A stretch of 64,000 nucleotides of DNA from Candidatus Omnitrophota bacterium (lineage in GTDB: Bacteria > Omnitrophota > Gorgyraeia > Zapsychrales > JBAZNR01), in contig JBAZNR010000003.1 of NCBI GenBank assembly GCA_041649175.1, positions 143,449 through 207,448 of the forward strand, given 5' to 3'. The stretch's first letter is position 1; the number at the start of each line of letters is the position of its first letter. Shown piece after piece: positions 26,623-36,305 of this stretch. Both the position numbers and the translations under genes were made by a program. The notes below the pieces were generated by a model that was given only the letters and a program-made list of their open reading frames with translations, was not told where the DNA came from and did not search any database.

Positions 26623-27753
26623 ATGAATTCTGGTGTTTGCACGCGATGCGTCTTGGATACAACCATTCCCGAAATCCGTTTTGATGAAAACGGTGTTTGT
26701 CAGTATTGCAAAATCCACGATGACCTGGAAAAAGAATATCCGCTCAATGACGATGGAAAACGCAAGCTTGATCGCTGGGTTGAAAAAATAAAAAAAGATG
26801 GGCAGGGGAAACCGTACGACATTATCGTGGGAGTAAGCGGCGGGCGGGACAGTACGTTTGGCCTGTATATGGTTGTTAAGTTAGGACTACGTCCCCTAGC
26901 TGTTCACTTTGACAATGGATGGAATTCGGAGATCGCCGTTACAAATATCAAGCGGGCAACGGAAAAATTAAATGTTGATTTACATACCTTTGTGGTGGAT
27001 TGGGACGAATTTAAGGATCTGCAGATCTCTTTTTTAAAAGCATCAACGTCTGATGCCGAAATTCCCACTGATGTTGCCATTCATGGGATTTTGCACCGCG
27101 TTGCAGCGCAGGAAAATATTAAATACATTCTTTTCGCGCATTCTTTTCGAACGGAAGGGTTTTCACCCATTGGCTGGACGTATATGGACGGGCGGTATAT
27201 CCGCGAAGTTCAAAAGAAATTCGGCACAAAAAAATTAAAAACCTTTCCAAATCTGACCATTTCAAATTTCTTTTATTATCGCCTTATCAAAAAGATCCAG
27301 GTTGTTCCTCTTTTATCATTGATGGAATACCGCCATAAAGAAGCCCAAGAGTTGCTAGAAAAGGAATTAGGCTGGAAATATTACGGCGGGCATCACCATG
27401 AGTCGTATTATACGCATTTTTTTCAGTCATTTTATTTGCCGCGAAAATTTAACATTGATAAACGCAAACTTGAATATTCAGCGCTTATTCGTTCGGGGCA
27501 GATGACCCGCGAAGCCGCACTTACGGATATTACGCAAAACGTCTATCCTTATGATGAAGAGCTTGTGAAATACACCATGAATAAATTGGGATTGAGCAAA
27601 GAGGACTTTGAAAGCATCATGAAAGCTCCCCGAAAAAATTTTCAAGACTACCCGACGTATTTTCCGCTTTTGAAAATTCTCAAATTTCCGATCCTTTGGG
27701 CGACAAAACTCAATATTTTCCCAAAACATCTTTATATGAAATATTTAGGCTGA
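26623..27753 (+). CDS. N-acetyl sugar amidotransferase (WbpG/PseA/WbuX-type PP-loop enzyme)
   Basis: CTRCVLDTTIPEIRFDENGVCQYCKIHD zinc-ribbon start and GVSGGRDSTF PP-loop. Confidence 0.85.
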   Translation: MNSGVCTRCVLDTTIPEIRFDENGVCQYCKIHDDLEKEYPLNDDGKRKLDRWVEKIKKDGQGKPYDIIVGVSGGRDSTFGLYMVVKLGLRPLAVHFDNGWNSEIAVTNIKRATEKLNVDLHTFVVDWDEFKDLQISFLKASTSDAEIPTDVAIHGILHRVAAQENIKYILFAHSFRTEGFSPIGWTYMDGRYIREVQKKFGTKKLKTFPNLTISNFFYYRLIKKIQVVPLLSLMEYRHKEAQELLEKELGWKYYGGHHHESYYTHFFQSFYLPRKFNIDKRKLEYSALIRSGQMTREAALTDITQNVYPYDEELVKYTMNKLGLSKEDFESIMKAPRKNFQDYPTYFPLLKILKFPILWATKLNIFPKHLYMKYLG

Positions 27754-27760
27754 TCATTTC

Positions 27761-28528
27761 ATGCTAAAAATTCGCGTCTTTCCATGTCTTTTGTTGCAAG
27801 AAACACGGTTGGTAAAAACAGTCCAATTTAAGGATCCCACATATATCGGCGATCCGATGAATGCTATTCGAATCTTTAACACTAAAGAAGCTCACGAATT
27901 AATCTTGTTGGATATTTTGGCAACTTCTCTTAATCGTAAACCGGACTTTGAATTGATCGCCCGGGTTTCGGAAGAATGCAATATGCCGTTAACCGCCGGA
28001 GGGGGCGTTCGAGAAATCAGCGATGTTCATGCTATGCTCGATGCCGGAGCGGAAAAAGTTGTGATCAATAGTTTTGCGGTTGAAGATCCAGATTTTATTG
28101 CGCAGGCGTCGGAAAAATTCGGTAGCCAGGCAATTGTTGTCTCAATAGATGCGAAATGTCATTCGGATGGCGCCTATGAGGTTTTTACTCATAACGGGCG
28201 AAAACCGACAAAAATAAGCCCCGTTGATTTTGCCGTTCAAATGGAAAAACAGGGGGCCGGCGAAATCTTTTTAAACTCTATTGATAAAGACGGCACTATG
28301 TCAGGTTATGACATTGCTTTGATCAAAAGCGTTACTCAGGCAGTCAATATTCCCGTTATCGCTTGCGGCGGGGTGGGTAAGCTTGAAGATTTTCGTGATG
28401 CTGTTGAAAATGGCGGAGCTTCAGCGGTTGCCGCCGGAAGCTTTTTTGTTTTTCACGGCCGCCGTCGGGCGGTTTTGATCAATTTTCCAACAAGGCAGGA
28501 GCTAGAAGTAACCTTATCAGGAAGATAG
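27761..28528 (+). CDS. HisF-like imidazole glycerol phosphate synthase cyclase paralog (WbuZ-type)
   Basis: RVFPCLLLQETRLVKTVQFKDPTYIGDPMNAIRIFNTKEAHELILLDI...VIACGGVG. Confidence 0.85.
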   Translation: MLKIRVFPCLLLQETRLVKTVQFKDPTYIGDPMNAIRIFNTKEAHELILLDILATSLNRKPDFELIARVSEECNMPLTAGGGVREISDVHAMLDAGAEKVVINSFAVEDPDFIAQASEKFGSQAIVVSIDAKCHSDGAYEVFTHNGRKPTKISPVDFAVQMEKQGAGEIFLNSIDKDGTMSGYDIALIKSVTQAVNIPVIACGGVGKLEDFRDAVENGGASAVAAGSFFVFHGRRRAVLINFPTRQELEVTLSGR

Positions 28529-28552
28529 GGTTTATTTTTTAAGGAGTCAGCT

Positions 28553-29599
28553 ATTAAGATTGTCATTGATATCAATCATCCGGCGCATGTCCATTTCTTT
28601 AAGAACCTGATCTGGGCTCTTCAAGAAAAAGGGCATCGGGTTTTGATCACGGTTAAAGATAAGGAAATTGCCTGCTATCTTTTGGACGCGTTAAAATTCC
28701 CTTATATCAAATTGGGAAAGCATTCAAAAACGCTCTTAGGAAAGCTTATCAGTATTCCGGCCATGGATTGGCGAATGTACCGGGCGGTTAAGGATTTTAA
28801 GCCGGATCTTTTTTTGGGGCTCGCTTCGGTGCGCGCGGCACATGTAGCGAGTTTTCTTAAAAAGCAATGTATCAACTTTGATGACACGGAAAATGGAGTT
28901 GCCGAATTACGGCTTTATCTGCCGTTTGTCAGCTTCGTGTGCACGCCTTCCTGTTATCAAAAGAACTTAGGCGCGAAACAAATTCGGTATGACGGTTATC
29001 ACGAGTTAGCATATCTACATCCTTCCCGATTTAAACCCGACCCAGCTGTTTTAAATCTACTTGGCGTTAAATCCGACGAGAAATATGTTATCGTCCGCTT
29101 TGTTTCTTGGCAGGCGGTTCATGATATTGGACATAAGGGATTTTCGCTTGCCATGAAACGAAAAGCCGTGAAAGAATTCGCAAAGTACGCGAAAGTTTTT
29201 ATTACATCCGAAGGGCCGCTTCCCAAAGACCTGGAATCATTTCGCTTGCAAATTCCTGCAGAAAAAGTTCACAGCGCATTATATTACGCGACACTTCTTT
29301 TTGGCGAGAGTGCCACGATGGCTTCCGAAAGTGCTGTTTTGGCAACGCCGGCGATCTATTTGGATAATGAAGGCCGCGGATACACAGATGAAGAAGAAAA
29401 AACTTACGGATTGGTTTTTAATTTCAAGGAATCACCAGAAGATCAAGAGCGCTCGGTCCAAAAGGGAATAGAAATTCTAAAGCAAGATTACGCTAGCGTT
29501 AAAGAGGTTTGGCGTAAAAAAACACAAAAATTGCTTCAGGACAAAATTGATGTGACCGCTTGGATAGAAAATTTTATCAATCAAGCTTTGAGGCCATGA
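28553..29599 (+). CDS. DUF354-family protein, predicted to initiate at an ATT codon
   Basis: The track ORF starts at 28643. The in-frame upstream sequence IKIVIDINHPAHVHFFKNLIWALQEKGHRVLITVKD matches the conserved DUF354 N-terminus (MKIWIDI.N.PHVHFF). It begins immediately after the hisF-like stop. AAGGAG lies 6 nt before ATT at 28553, and no ATG/GTG/TTG is in frame. Confidence 0.6.
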   Translation: MKIVIDINHPAHVHFFKNLIWALQEKGHRVLITVKDKEIACYLLDALKFPYIKLGKHSKTLLGKLISIPAMDWRMYRAVKDFKPDLFLGLASVRAAHVASFLKKQCINFDDTENGVAELRLYLPFVSFVCTPSCYQKNLGAKQIRYDGYHELAYLHPSRFKPDPAVLNLLGVKSDEKYVIVRFVSWQAVHDIGHKGFSLAMKRKAVKEFAKYAKVFITSEGPLPKDLESFRLQIPAEKVHSALYYATLLFGESATMASESAVLATPAIYLDNEGRGYTDEEEKTYGLVFNFKESPEDQERSVQKGIEILKQDYASVKEVWRKKTQKLLQDKIDVTAWIENFINQALRP

Positions 29600-29600
29600 T

Positions 29601-31427
29601 ATGTGCGGGATAGCCGGAATTTATTCTAAGCGCCAAGAGATTAGGGAATCGGATATAAAAGCTGTTCAAACGATGAATGACATTCAAAAGCACCGCGGCC
29701 CCGATGACCAAGGATTGTTTTCGGATAAGATATGTGTTCTAGGGCATCGCCGTTTATCCATCATTGACTTATCTAAAGACGGGCATCAGCCGTTCTTTTC
29801 TGATGATGGGCGATATATTCTCATTTTTAACGGAGAGATTTACAATTATATTGAACTTCGCGATGAACTTGTGAAGCTCGGATGTCGTTTTAAAACCAAG
29901 ACAGATACGGAAGTTTTATTAAAAAGCTTTGAACAATTCGGTTCCCGTTGTTTAGAAAAGTTTAACGGGATGTTCGCCTTTGCTATTTACGACAAAAAAG
30001 AAAACTCTCTATTCCTGGCGCGCGACAGGGTTGGGGTTAAGCCGCTCTATTATTGCGTACATAACGGAAAATTATATTTTGCTTCTGAAATTAAGGCGCT
30101 ACGAAGTATTCCGGGCATTCACTTTTCAATGAGCAGGCAAGCGGTTTTTGATTATTTGGTTTTTAACCGGACAGATATTTTTGATGAAACATTTTTAAAT
30201 GAGATCAAGCGTATTCCCAAAGGGCATTATGCAACTTTTCGTGATGAAAAATTGCAATTGATCCAATGGTGGGATCCTGAAAGTTACTTTAACCAAAATA
30301 TTTCTGTTTCTCTCGATGAGGCATCTAAGCACATAAGAGATCTTCTTGTTTCTTCGGTCGATTTTCGATTACGCAGTGATGTGACGGTGGGGTCTTGCCT
30401 TAGCGGAGGGTTGGATTCTTCGATTTTGACGGGAATACTTTTTTCGCATCATGCAATTGAGCAAAATTATTCAACATTTACCGCTTCAATTCCCGGGCAT
30501 AAAATTGATGAGACAAAGTATGTTGATGCTTTAAATCAAAAATATCCTTTTAAAAATTACCGCACTTTTCCGGACGGGCAAAAGGCTTTTAAAGATTTAC
30601 GTGATTTTGTTTATGCGATCGATGAACCATCAACCGATGCGACCTATTATGCGCAATATGAAGTGATGCGACTAGCCAAAGAACACAATGTTACTGTTTT
30701 ATTAGACGGGCAGGGCGGTGATGAGGTTTTTGCGGGCTATCCCTATTTTCTGGGATTTTATTTGTATGGATTGTGGAATAAAAAAAGGATTGGGAAATTT
30801 GCCTACGAATTAGGAAAGAGCATTTTGCGCCGTCAGGAACGCTTGGCTTATGAAACTTTTCTCTTCCAGGTATTGCCGGATGTTGTAAAAAAGAAAATCC
30901 TTATGAGGCAAGCTTCATTCATAAATCCTGATTTCTTTAAGGAACATATCGATTCAAGTCTTATTTATAAGAAATTCTTTGACGCGAGTAGTCTCAATGT
31001 CAGCCTCTTGCGGCATTTCCAATATAAACTTGAACATCTTCTACGGTTGGAAGACCGTAATTCGATGATTTTCTCACTTGAGGCGCGCGTACCTTATCTG
31101 GATTACCGGCTTATTGAATATGTTTTGGGCCTAAGCGAGGATTTAAAAATCAGATCGGGAGAAACAAAGTTTTTACAAAAACAGGCTGTGGGGCGATATA
31201 CGGTTGATGAGATATTGAATAGAAAAGACAAGATAGGATTTGGCGTTCCGACGCAAGAGTGGATGAGTATACCGCAGTGGCGGCAGATGACGGAAGAAAG
31301 CTATGAGCAGCTGCAAGAATCTTTTCCAGAAATCTTCAGAAATAATTCTGTTTTGCCTGAAGAAAATTCTTATCGCTGGAAGATTAGTCAGTTAAATACC
31401 TGGAAAGGCATTGTCTCGATAAAATGA
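29601..31427 (+). CDS. asnB: Asparagine synthase (glutamine-hydrolysing)
   Basis: MCGIAGIY N-terminal nucleophile and the SGGLDSS PP-loop. Confidence 0.9.
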   Translation: MCGIAGIYSKRQEIRESDIKAVQTMNDIQKHRGPDDQGLFSDKICVLGHRRLSIIDLSKDGHQPFFSDDGRYILIFNGEIYNYIELRDELVKLGCRFKTKTDTEVLLKSFEQFGSRCLEKFNGMFAFAIYDKKENSLFLARDRVGVKPLYYCVHNGKLYFASEIKALRSIPGIHFSMSRQAVFDYLVFNRTDIFDETFLNEIKRIPKGHYATFRDEKLQLIQWWDPESYFNQNISVSLDEASKHIRDLLVSSVDFRLRSDVTVGSCLSGGLDSSILTGILFSHHAIEQNYSTFTASIPGHKIDETKYVDALNQKYPFKNYRTFPDGQKAFKDLRDFVYAIDEPSTDATYYAQYEVMRLAKEHNVTVLLDGQGGDEVFAGYPYFLGFYLYGLWNKKRIGKFAYELGKSILRRQERLAYETFLFQVLPDVVKKKILMRQASFINPDFFKEHIDSSLIYKKFFDASSLNVSLLRHFQYKLEHLLRLEDRNSMIFSLEARVPYLDYRLIEYVLGLSEDLKIRSGETKFLQKQAVGRYTVDEILNRKDKIGFGVPTQEWMSIPQWRQMTEESYEQLQESFPEIFRNNSVLPEENSYRWKISQLNTWKGIVSIK

Positions 31428-32626
31428 TCAAAACCGCAAACTATGAACCGGTGTTGTTGGGCGCGCTCAAAAGCGCGCAAGCCAATGATTATAAAGGCTA
31501 TGATAAGTTTGATGCGCTTAATAGCCCGTTTTTGCAGCAGCTTTCGTTCGGCAATCCATGGCTGCGTTTTATTTTGATCCAATTGGTCAAAGAATCTCCT
31601 TTTAATATTCGTCCGTTTTTAGGCGTTCAAACATTCCGTAATCCTAAGGGCATAGCGCTTTTTGCGCGCGCGTATCTGTTCCTTTACCGGAAAACAAAAA
31701 ACGAGGAATATTTAAAAGAAGCAAAGATTCTTTTGGATTGGCTGTTAGAAAATCCTTCGCCGGGATATAAAAATTTATGCTGGGGCTATCAATTTGCCTG
31801 GCAGGATATCCCGCCATTTTTTCAAAATAAGGGCGAACCGAATTGTGTGGTAACCGTTTTTACCGGGGAAGCCCTGATCCATGCATTTCGTGAAACACGC
31901 GACAGAAAATATCTGGATGCGGCATGCTCGGTTGCCAGGTTTTTAACGGAAGATTTGCCCGTTATCTATGAAAAAGGCGAAGAAAGAGCTATTTCTTATA
32001 TTGCGCAACCGATCAATTTGATCGTTATCAATATTCAGGTTTTGTCGGCGGCTTTCTTGACGAAGATCTTTTGGCACAAACAGGATCAAAAAATCCTGGA
32101 TATCGCCAGAAAACAATTGAATTTTGCGTATCATCGTCGAACATCGTATAATGCCTGGTATTATACCGAGCCCAAAGGAAAGTCGTTTATCCGCCATGAT
32201 AATTATCATACGGGTGGGATCTTGGACGGATTTTTAGAATATTTTGAAGAAACAAAAGATGAACGGTACATGGATGTTTACTGGCAAGGCTTAGACTATT
32301 ATCAAAAAAACCTTTTTGAGGATAACGGAGCGCCACGCTGGATGAACGACCAGAAATATCCGCTTGATATTCATGGCGCGGCGCAAGGAATTATAAGCTT
32401 TGCTAAAGCCGGACGATATAAAAAAGAATATATAGTGCAGGCTGCTCGTATTGGCGAGTGGACGATGAATAATCTTTATCGGTCTCGAGCTCAAGATTTT
32501 ATTTACCGTCAAGGCAGGTTCTTTAAGTGTGATTTTTCGCTGATGCGCTGGTGTAATGCCTGGATGGCCAGGGCCTTAGCGGAATATGTTTTAGCCGATT
32601 CTGATCCTGTGAAAAAAGGAATTTAA
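31424..32626 (+). CDS. Hypothetical protein, possibly an (alpha/alpha)6-toroid fold
   Basis: Clean 400-aa ORF, ATGA-coupled to asnB. Rich in W/Y helical hairpins. Family not recognised. Confidence 0.45.
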   Translation: MIKTANYEPVLLGALKSAQANDYKGYDKFDALNSPFLQQLSFGNPWLRFILIQLVKESPFNIRPFLGVQTFRNPKGIALFARAYLFLYRKTKNEEYLKEAKILLDWLLENPSPGYKNLCWGYQFAWQDIPPFFQNKGEPNCVVTVFTGEALIHAFRETRDRKYLDAACSVARFLTEDLPVIYEKGEERAISYIAQPINLIVINIQVLSAAFLTKIFWHKQDQKILDIARKQLNFAYHRRTSYNAWYYTEPKGKSFIRHDNYHTGGILDGFLEYFEETKDERYMDVYWQGLDYYQKNLFEDNGAPRWMNDQKYPLDIHGAAQGIISFAKAGRYKKEYIVQAARIGEWTMNNLYRSRAQDFIYRQGRFFKCDFSLMRWCNAWMARALAEYVLADSDPVKKGI

Positions 32627-32628
32627 TT

Positions 32629-33390
32629 ATGCTGGGCCAGGAATTAATTTACGATCAATCATTATCTGGGGCAGAACGATTTTATATCCGGATCTTTGGA
32701 ATTCCGATCAATGGCTTAAGAATTCGGGCGCGGCGCATTCTACCGCTGATTACGGCAAAATACAGCAAAATCCTTGATGCGGGCTGCGGGCAGGGGATTT
32801 TTACCTTTGAGATGGCGCGGCGCCTTCCTAAAAGTCAAATTACCGGCATTGATATCGATAAAAAACTCTTAGAGCGCAACGAGAAAATCGCAAAAAAAGT
32901 CAGTCTTGTAAATTGTCAATTTCTCTATCAGGATATCAATCATTTAAGTTTTAAAAACCAATACGATCTGGTTCTCAATGTTGATAATCTAGAACATCTT
33001 GAAGAGGATGAAAAAGCGTTGTGTAATTTCTACGCGGCGTTAAAGCCTGGAGGAGAGCTGATCCTCCATGTTCCGGCATATTATCGGCGCTGGATTTTCT
33101 TTGGCTGGAAAGTTAACTTTGATGTGGACGGGCATTATCGTCCAGGATATACTATGGAAGATATTTTGGAGAAAATCAAGAGAGTCGGCTTCCAGGTCGT
33201 AGAAAATTATTATACATACGGCTGGCTTGAGACGATCACGAATAATATCTCCTATTTAATTACAAAAGCCCGCATGAAGAATAAATGTCTTTATGCGGCT
33301 GTTTTTCCTTTCCTTTTAATCGTTTCTTATTTTGGCCGTAACAGTAAGCCGGCACGCGGAGCAGGTGTGTTGGTGATTGCAAGAAAATAA
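32629..33390 (+). CDS. Class I SAM-dependent methyltransferase
   Basis: ILDAGCGQGIFTFEMA...DLVLNVDNLEHLEED...LKPGGELILHVP. Confidence 0.8.
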   Translation: MLGQELIYDQSLSGAERFYIRIFGIPINGLRIRARRILPLITAKYSKILDAGCGQGIFTFEMARRLPKSQITGIDIDKKLLERNEKIAKKVSLVNCQFLYQDINHLSFKNQYDLVLNVDNLEHLEEDEKALCNFYAALKPGGELILHVPAYYRRWIFFGWKVNFDVDGHYRPGYTMEDILEKIKRVGFQVVENYYTYGWLETITNNISYLITKARMKNKCLYAAVFPFLLIVSYFGRNSKPARGAGVLVIARK

Positions 33391-35506
33391 AAATATGAAA
33401 CAGCTCATACGCCGCGTTATTGACCCAAAAGGTATTATTCGTATCGAAGAAATTCCTACTCCTCATGCTGGAGAAAACCAGGCGCTTATCTCTTCTCATT
33501 ATTCGCTTATTAGCTCGGGAACAGAGCTAGCTGAAATCAGCAAGAATCCCATTGAATTGGCCAAACTTGCTTTGACCGATCCGTGGATGCGTAATGCAGT
33601 TAAAGATCTTATTTTTTCCGGAGGCCTAAAAGAGACAGCGGATACCATCACGAATGAATTGTTTCTTTATAGACTGATCGGTTACAGCGGTTCAGGGATC
33701 GTTTTGGCAAAAGGAAAAAATATTACTGATGTCCAGGTCGGAGACAAGGTTGCTTTTGCCGCTCAGGGTCATGCCGAACAAGTTGCGGCTTACGCCAATC
33801 ATGTTGTAAAAATTCCCGAGAATCTTGATTTAAAATATGCTGCTTTTGCGACAGTTGGCGCGGTTGCTTTGCAGGGTATTCGTCGGTCTCAAGGGCAGAT
33901 TGGCGAGTGGGTTGTTGTTTACGGTTTAGGGCTATTAGGACAGCTTGCGGCTCAAATTCTTCTGGCTTCGGGAATGCGCGTGATCGGTATTGATCTTAGC
34001 GAGCAAAGAGTTGAATTGGCAATGAAGGCAGGGCTAAAATACGTCGTTAATCCGGCAAAAGATGATGCGGTGGATACAGTTTTGCGCATAACAGCGGGCA
34101 AAGGAGCAGATTGTGTGATGATCTGCGCTGCTTCTCAAGATTCTGTTATTGCGAATAATGCGATGAAAATGGCAAGAAAGCAAGGGAGGGTTACTTTTGT
34201 CGGGATTGTCAAAATGGACCTTGAGCGTAAACCGTTTTTCTTAAATGAACTTGATTTGTCGTTTTCGCGGGCGTATGGGCCTGGCAGTTATGATCCTTCC
34301 TATGAGAAAGGACGGATCGAATATCCGTATCAGTATATTCGATGGACGGAAAAACGGAATTTAGAAGAAGTGATCCGGCTCATGGCTGAAAACCGCCTGA
34401 ATATTGAGCCTTTAATCGATTCAATTTTTCCGCTTGGTGAAGCACAAAAAGCATTTGATAAAGTTAAAACTTCCCAAATGAAGTCTGTAGCTGTGCTTCT
34501 TTCGTATCCCAAAAATGAGAAAATAGAAACGAAAATTGTTAGCGCCGTACCTCGTAGGCATGTTTCTAAGGATGTTATCAATATCGGCGTTATTGGTTCT
34601 GGGAATTTTACCCGCAATGTCCATATTCCGAATTTATCAAGATTAAAGAAATTTAATATTAAGGCTATTTGTTCTGCTTCAGGTATGAATGCGGCCGCGA
34701 TGGCCAAACGCTACAATATTGAGTGTGTGACGACTCAGTATCACGATATTTTGCAAGACCCGAATATTGACACCATTTTGATCGCAACACGCCACGATCT
34801 GCATTCTTTGATCGCCATTGAGGCGGCAAAAGCCCAAAAGAACATCTTTGTAGAAAAACCAGTGGCGATGAGTCTGCAAGACCTGGATGCTGTCCGGCAA
34901 GCAGTAAAAGAGAACGATGTTTGCTTTATGGCTGGCTATAACCGGCGATTTTCACCGATCGTTCAAAAAGCAAAGAAATATATTACTCAAAAACCTATTG
35001 TGATGAATTATGTGGTAAATATAAAAAATCTTTCCGATTCTCACTGGACACTGGATCCTGTTGAGGGTGGTGGTCGCTTGTTAGGGGAAGCGGACCATTT
35101 TTTCGACCTGATGAATTGTTTTGCCGGATCGCGACCAAAAGAAGTTTCGGCAGCTTCCTTTCCGATATCAACAGATACCAAAGAAGGGTTGTTCAACTTT
35201 GCAGTTCAAGTGAAATATGAGAACAATAGTCTTGGACAGCTTATTTATACAAGTTTGGGCGGCCCAAAAATTCCTCGGGAAAGGCTTGAAATATTTTGTG
35301 GAAGCAAGACTTTAGAAATCATTGATTTCAATACGCTTCTCATTAACGGGAAGATTCAATCGAAAATGTTAGGGATGGGGCATTTTGAAGAGTTGGAATA
35401 TTTTAGCACAAAAATATCCGGACATTGTTCAGATGAGGATTTGGATGATGCATTATCCGCCTCTTGGGTTTGCCTTAAAGCTCACGAACAAATAATCCAT
35501 CGTTGA
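33377..35506 (+). CDS. Bi-domain oxidoreductase: zinc-type alcohol dehydrogenase (MDR) N-terminus fused to a Gfo/Idh/MocA C-terminus
   Basis: MDR-like N-half (VVVYGLGLLGQLAAQ, VIGIDL). Gfo/Idh/MocA-like C-half (INIGVIGSGNFTRNVHIPNL, VEKPVAMSLQD). Confidence 0.75.
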   Translation: MQENKNMKQLIRRVIDPKGIIRIEEIPTPHAGENQALISSHYSLISSGTELAEISKNPIELAKLALTDPWMRNAVKDLIFSGGLKETADTITNELFLYRLIGYSGSGIVLAKGKNITDVQVGDKVAFAAQGHAEQVAAYANHVVKIPENLDLKYAAFATVGAVALQGIRRSQGQIGEWVVVYGLGLLGQLAAQILLASGMRVIGIDLSEQRVELAMKAGLKYVVNPAKDDAVDTVLRITAGKGADCVMICAASQDSVIANNAMKMARKQGRVTFVGIVKMDLERKPFFLNELDLSFSRAYGPGSYDPSYEKGRIEYPYQYIRWTEKRNLEEVIRLMAENRLNIEPLIDSIFPLGEAQKAFDKVKTSQMKSVAVLLSYPKNEKIETKIVSAVPRRHVSKDVINIGVIGSGNFTRNVHIPNLSRLKKFNIKAICSASGMNAAAMAKRYNIECVTTQYHDILQDPNIDTILIATRHDLHSLIAIEAAKAQKNIFVEKPVAMSLQDLDAVRQAVKENDVCFMAGYNRRFSPIVQKAKKYITQKPIVMNYVVNIKNLSDSHWTLDPVEGGGRLLGEADHFFDLMNCFAGSRPKEVSAASFPISTDTKEGLFNFAVQVKYENNSLGQLIYTSLGGPKIPRERLEIFCGSKTLEIIDFNTLLINGKIQSKMLGMGHFEELEYFSTKISGHCSDEDLDDALSASWVCLKAHEQIIHR

Positions 35507-35528
35507 TCATCAAGAAAATCTTAACATC

Positions 35529-36305
35529 ATGAAAACTCCTTCTAAGCTGTCGGATTCTTATGCCGTTATATTATGCGGCGGGCGGGGACTGCGCATGGGA
35601 ACATTAACTCGCCATGTTCCAAAACCGTTGGTCTTAATAAACGGCAAACCGATCCTTTGGTATATATTTCGAGAGCTTTATAGTATAGGTTTTCGAAAAT
35701 TTATTTTTCCTTTAGGGTATCTTGGGAATATGATTAAATCTTATGTCGATAGGAATTTCGCGCAACTTAATTGTGAGATCGTCCTTGTTGATACCGGAAT
35801 TAATACCCCGATTGCGCGGCGTTTGGCGAAGATTGCTCGTTTTATTCCGGACGGAAAAGATTTTCTCTTGCTTAACGGCGATGCATTTTTTCGCTTTGAT
35901 CTGAAAGAGATGTATAAAAAACATTCAAGAACAAAATCTTGGTTGACCTTGGCGTCGGCCGAGATCGTTTCAAATTACGGTCTTATTTATGAGAAAAATG
36001 GACGGGTTATTAATTTTGACCGTGATGCAAAAATTGATCGGTATGGTTTGTCCGGAAAGAAAAATAATTACGGTTTTATCTATTCCGGAATTGCTTTTTT
36101 GAATAAAAGAGCGTTGACCGCCACTAACCTTCGGCAGTGTGATTCGTTTGAAGAAAAGCTGTATCCATTATTGATCCGAAAAGGGAAAGCCACTCATTGG
36201 GCGGCGAAAGGCTTTTGGCATTCCGTAGATAGCCCCAAAGATATTCAGCAGGCGGAAAATATTGTTCGAAAATTTAAACTAACGACGTTACGGGAAATTA
36301 AATAA
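35529..36305 (+). CDS. Sugar-phosphate nucleotidyltransferase
   Basis: AVILCGGRGLRMGTLTRHVPKPL is the NTP_transferase signature. Confidence 0.8.
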   Translation: MKTPSKLSDSYAVILCGGRGLRMGTLTRHVPKPLVLINGKPILWYIFRELYSIGFRKFIFPLGYLGNMIKSYVDRNFAQLNCEIVLVDTGINTPIARRLAKIARFIPDGKDFLLLNGDAFFRFDLKEMYKKHSRTKSWLTLASAEIVSNYGLIYEKNGRVINFDRDAKIDRYGLSGKKNNYGFIYSGIAFLNKRALTATNLRQCDSFEEKLYPLLIRKGKATHWAAKGFWHSVDSPKDIQQAENIVRKFKLTTLREIK

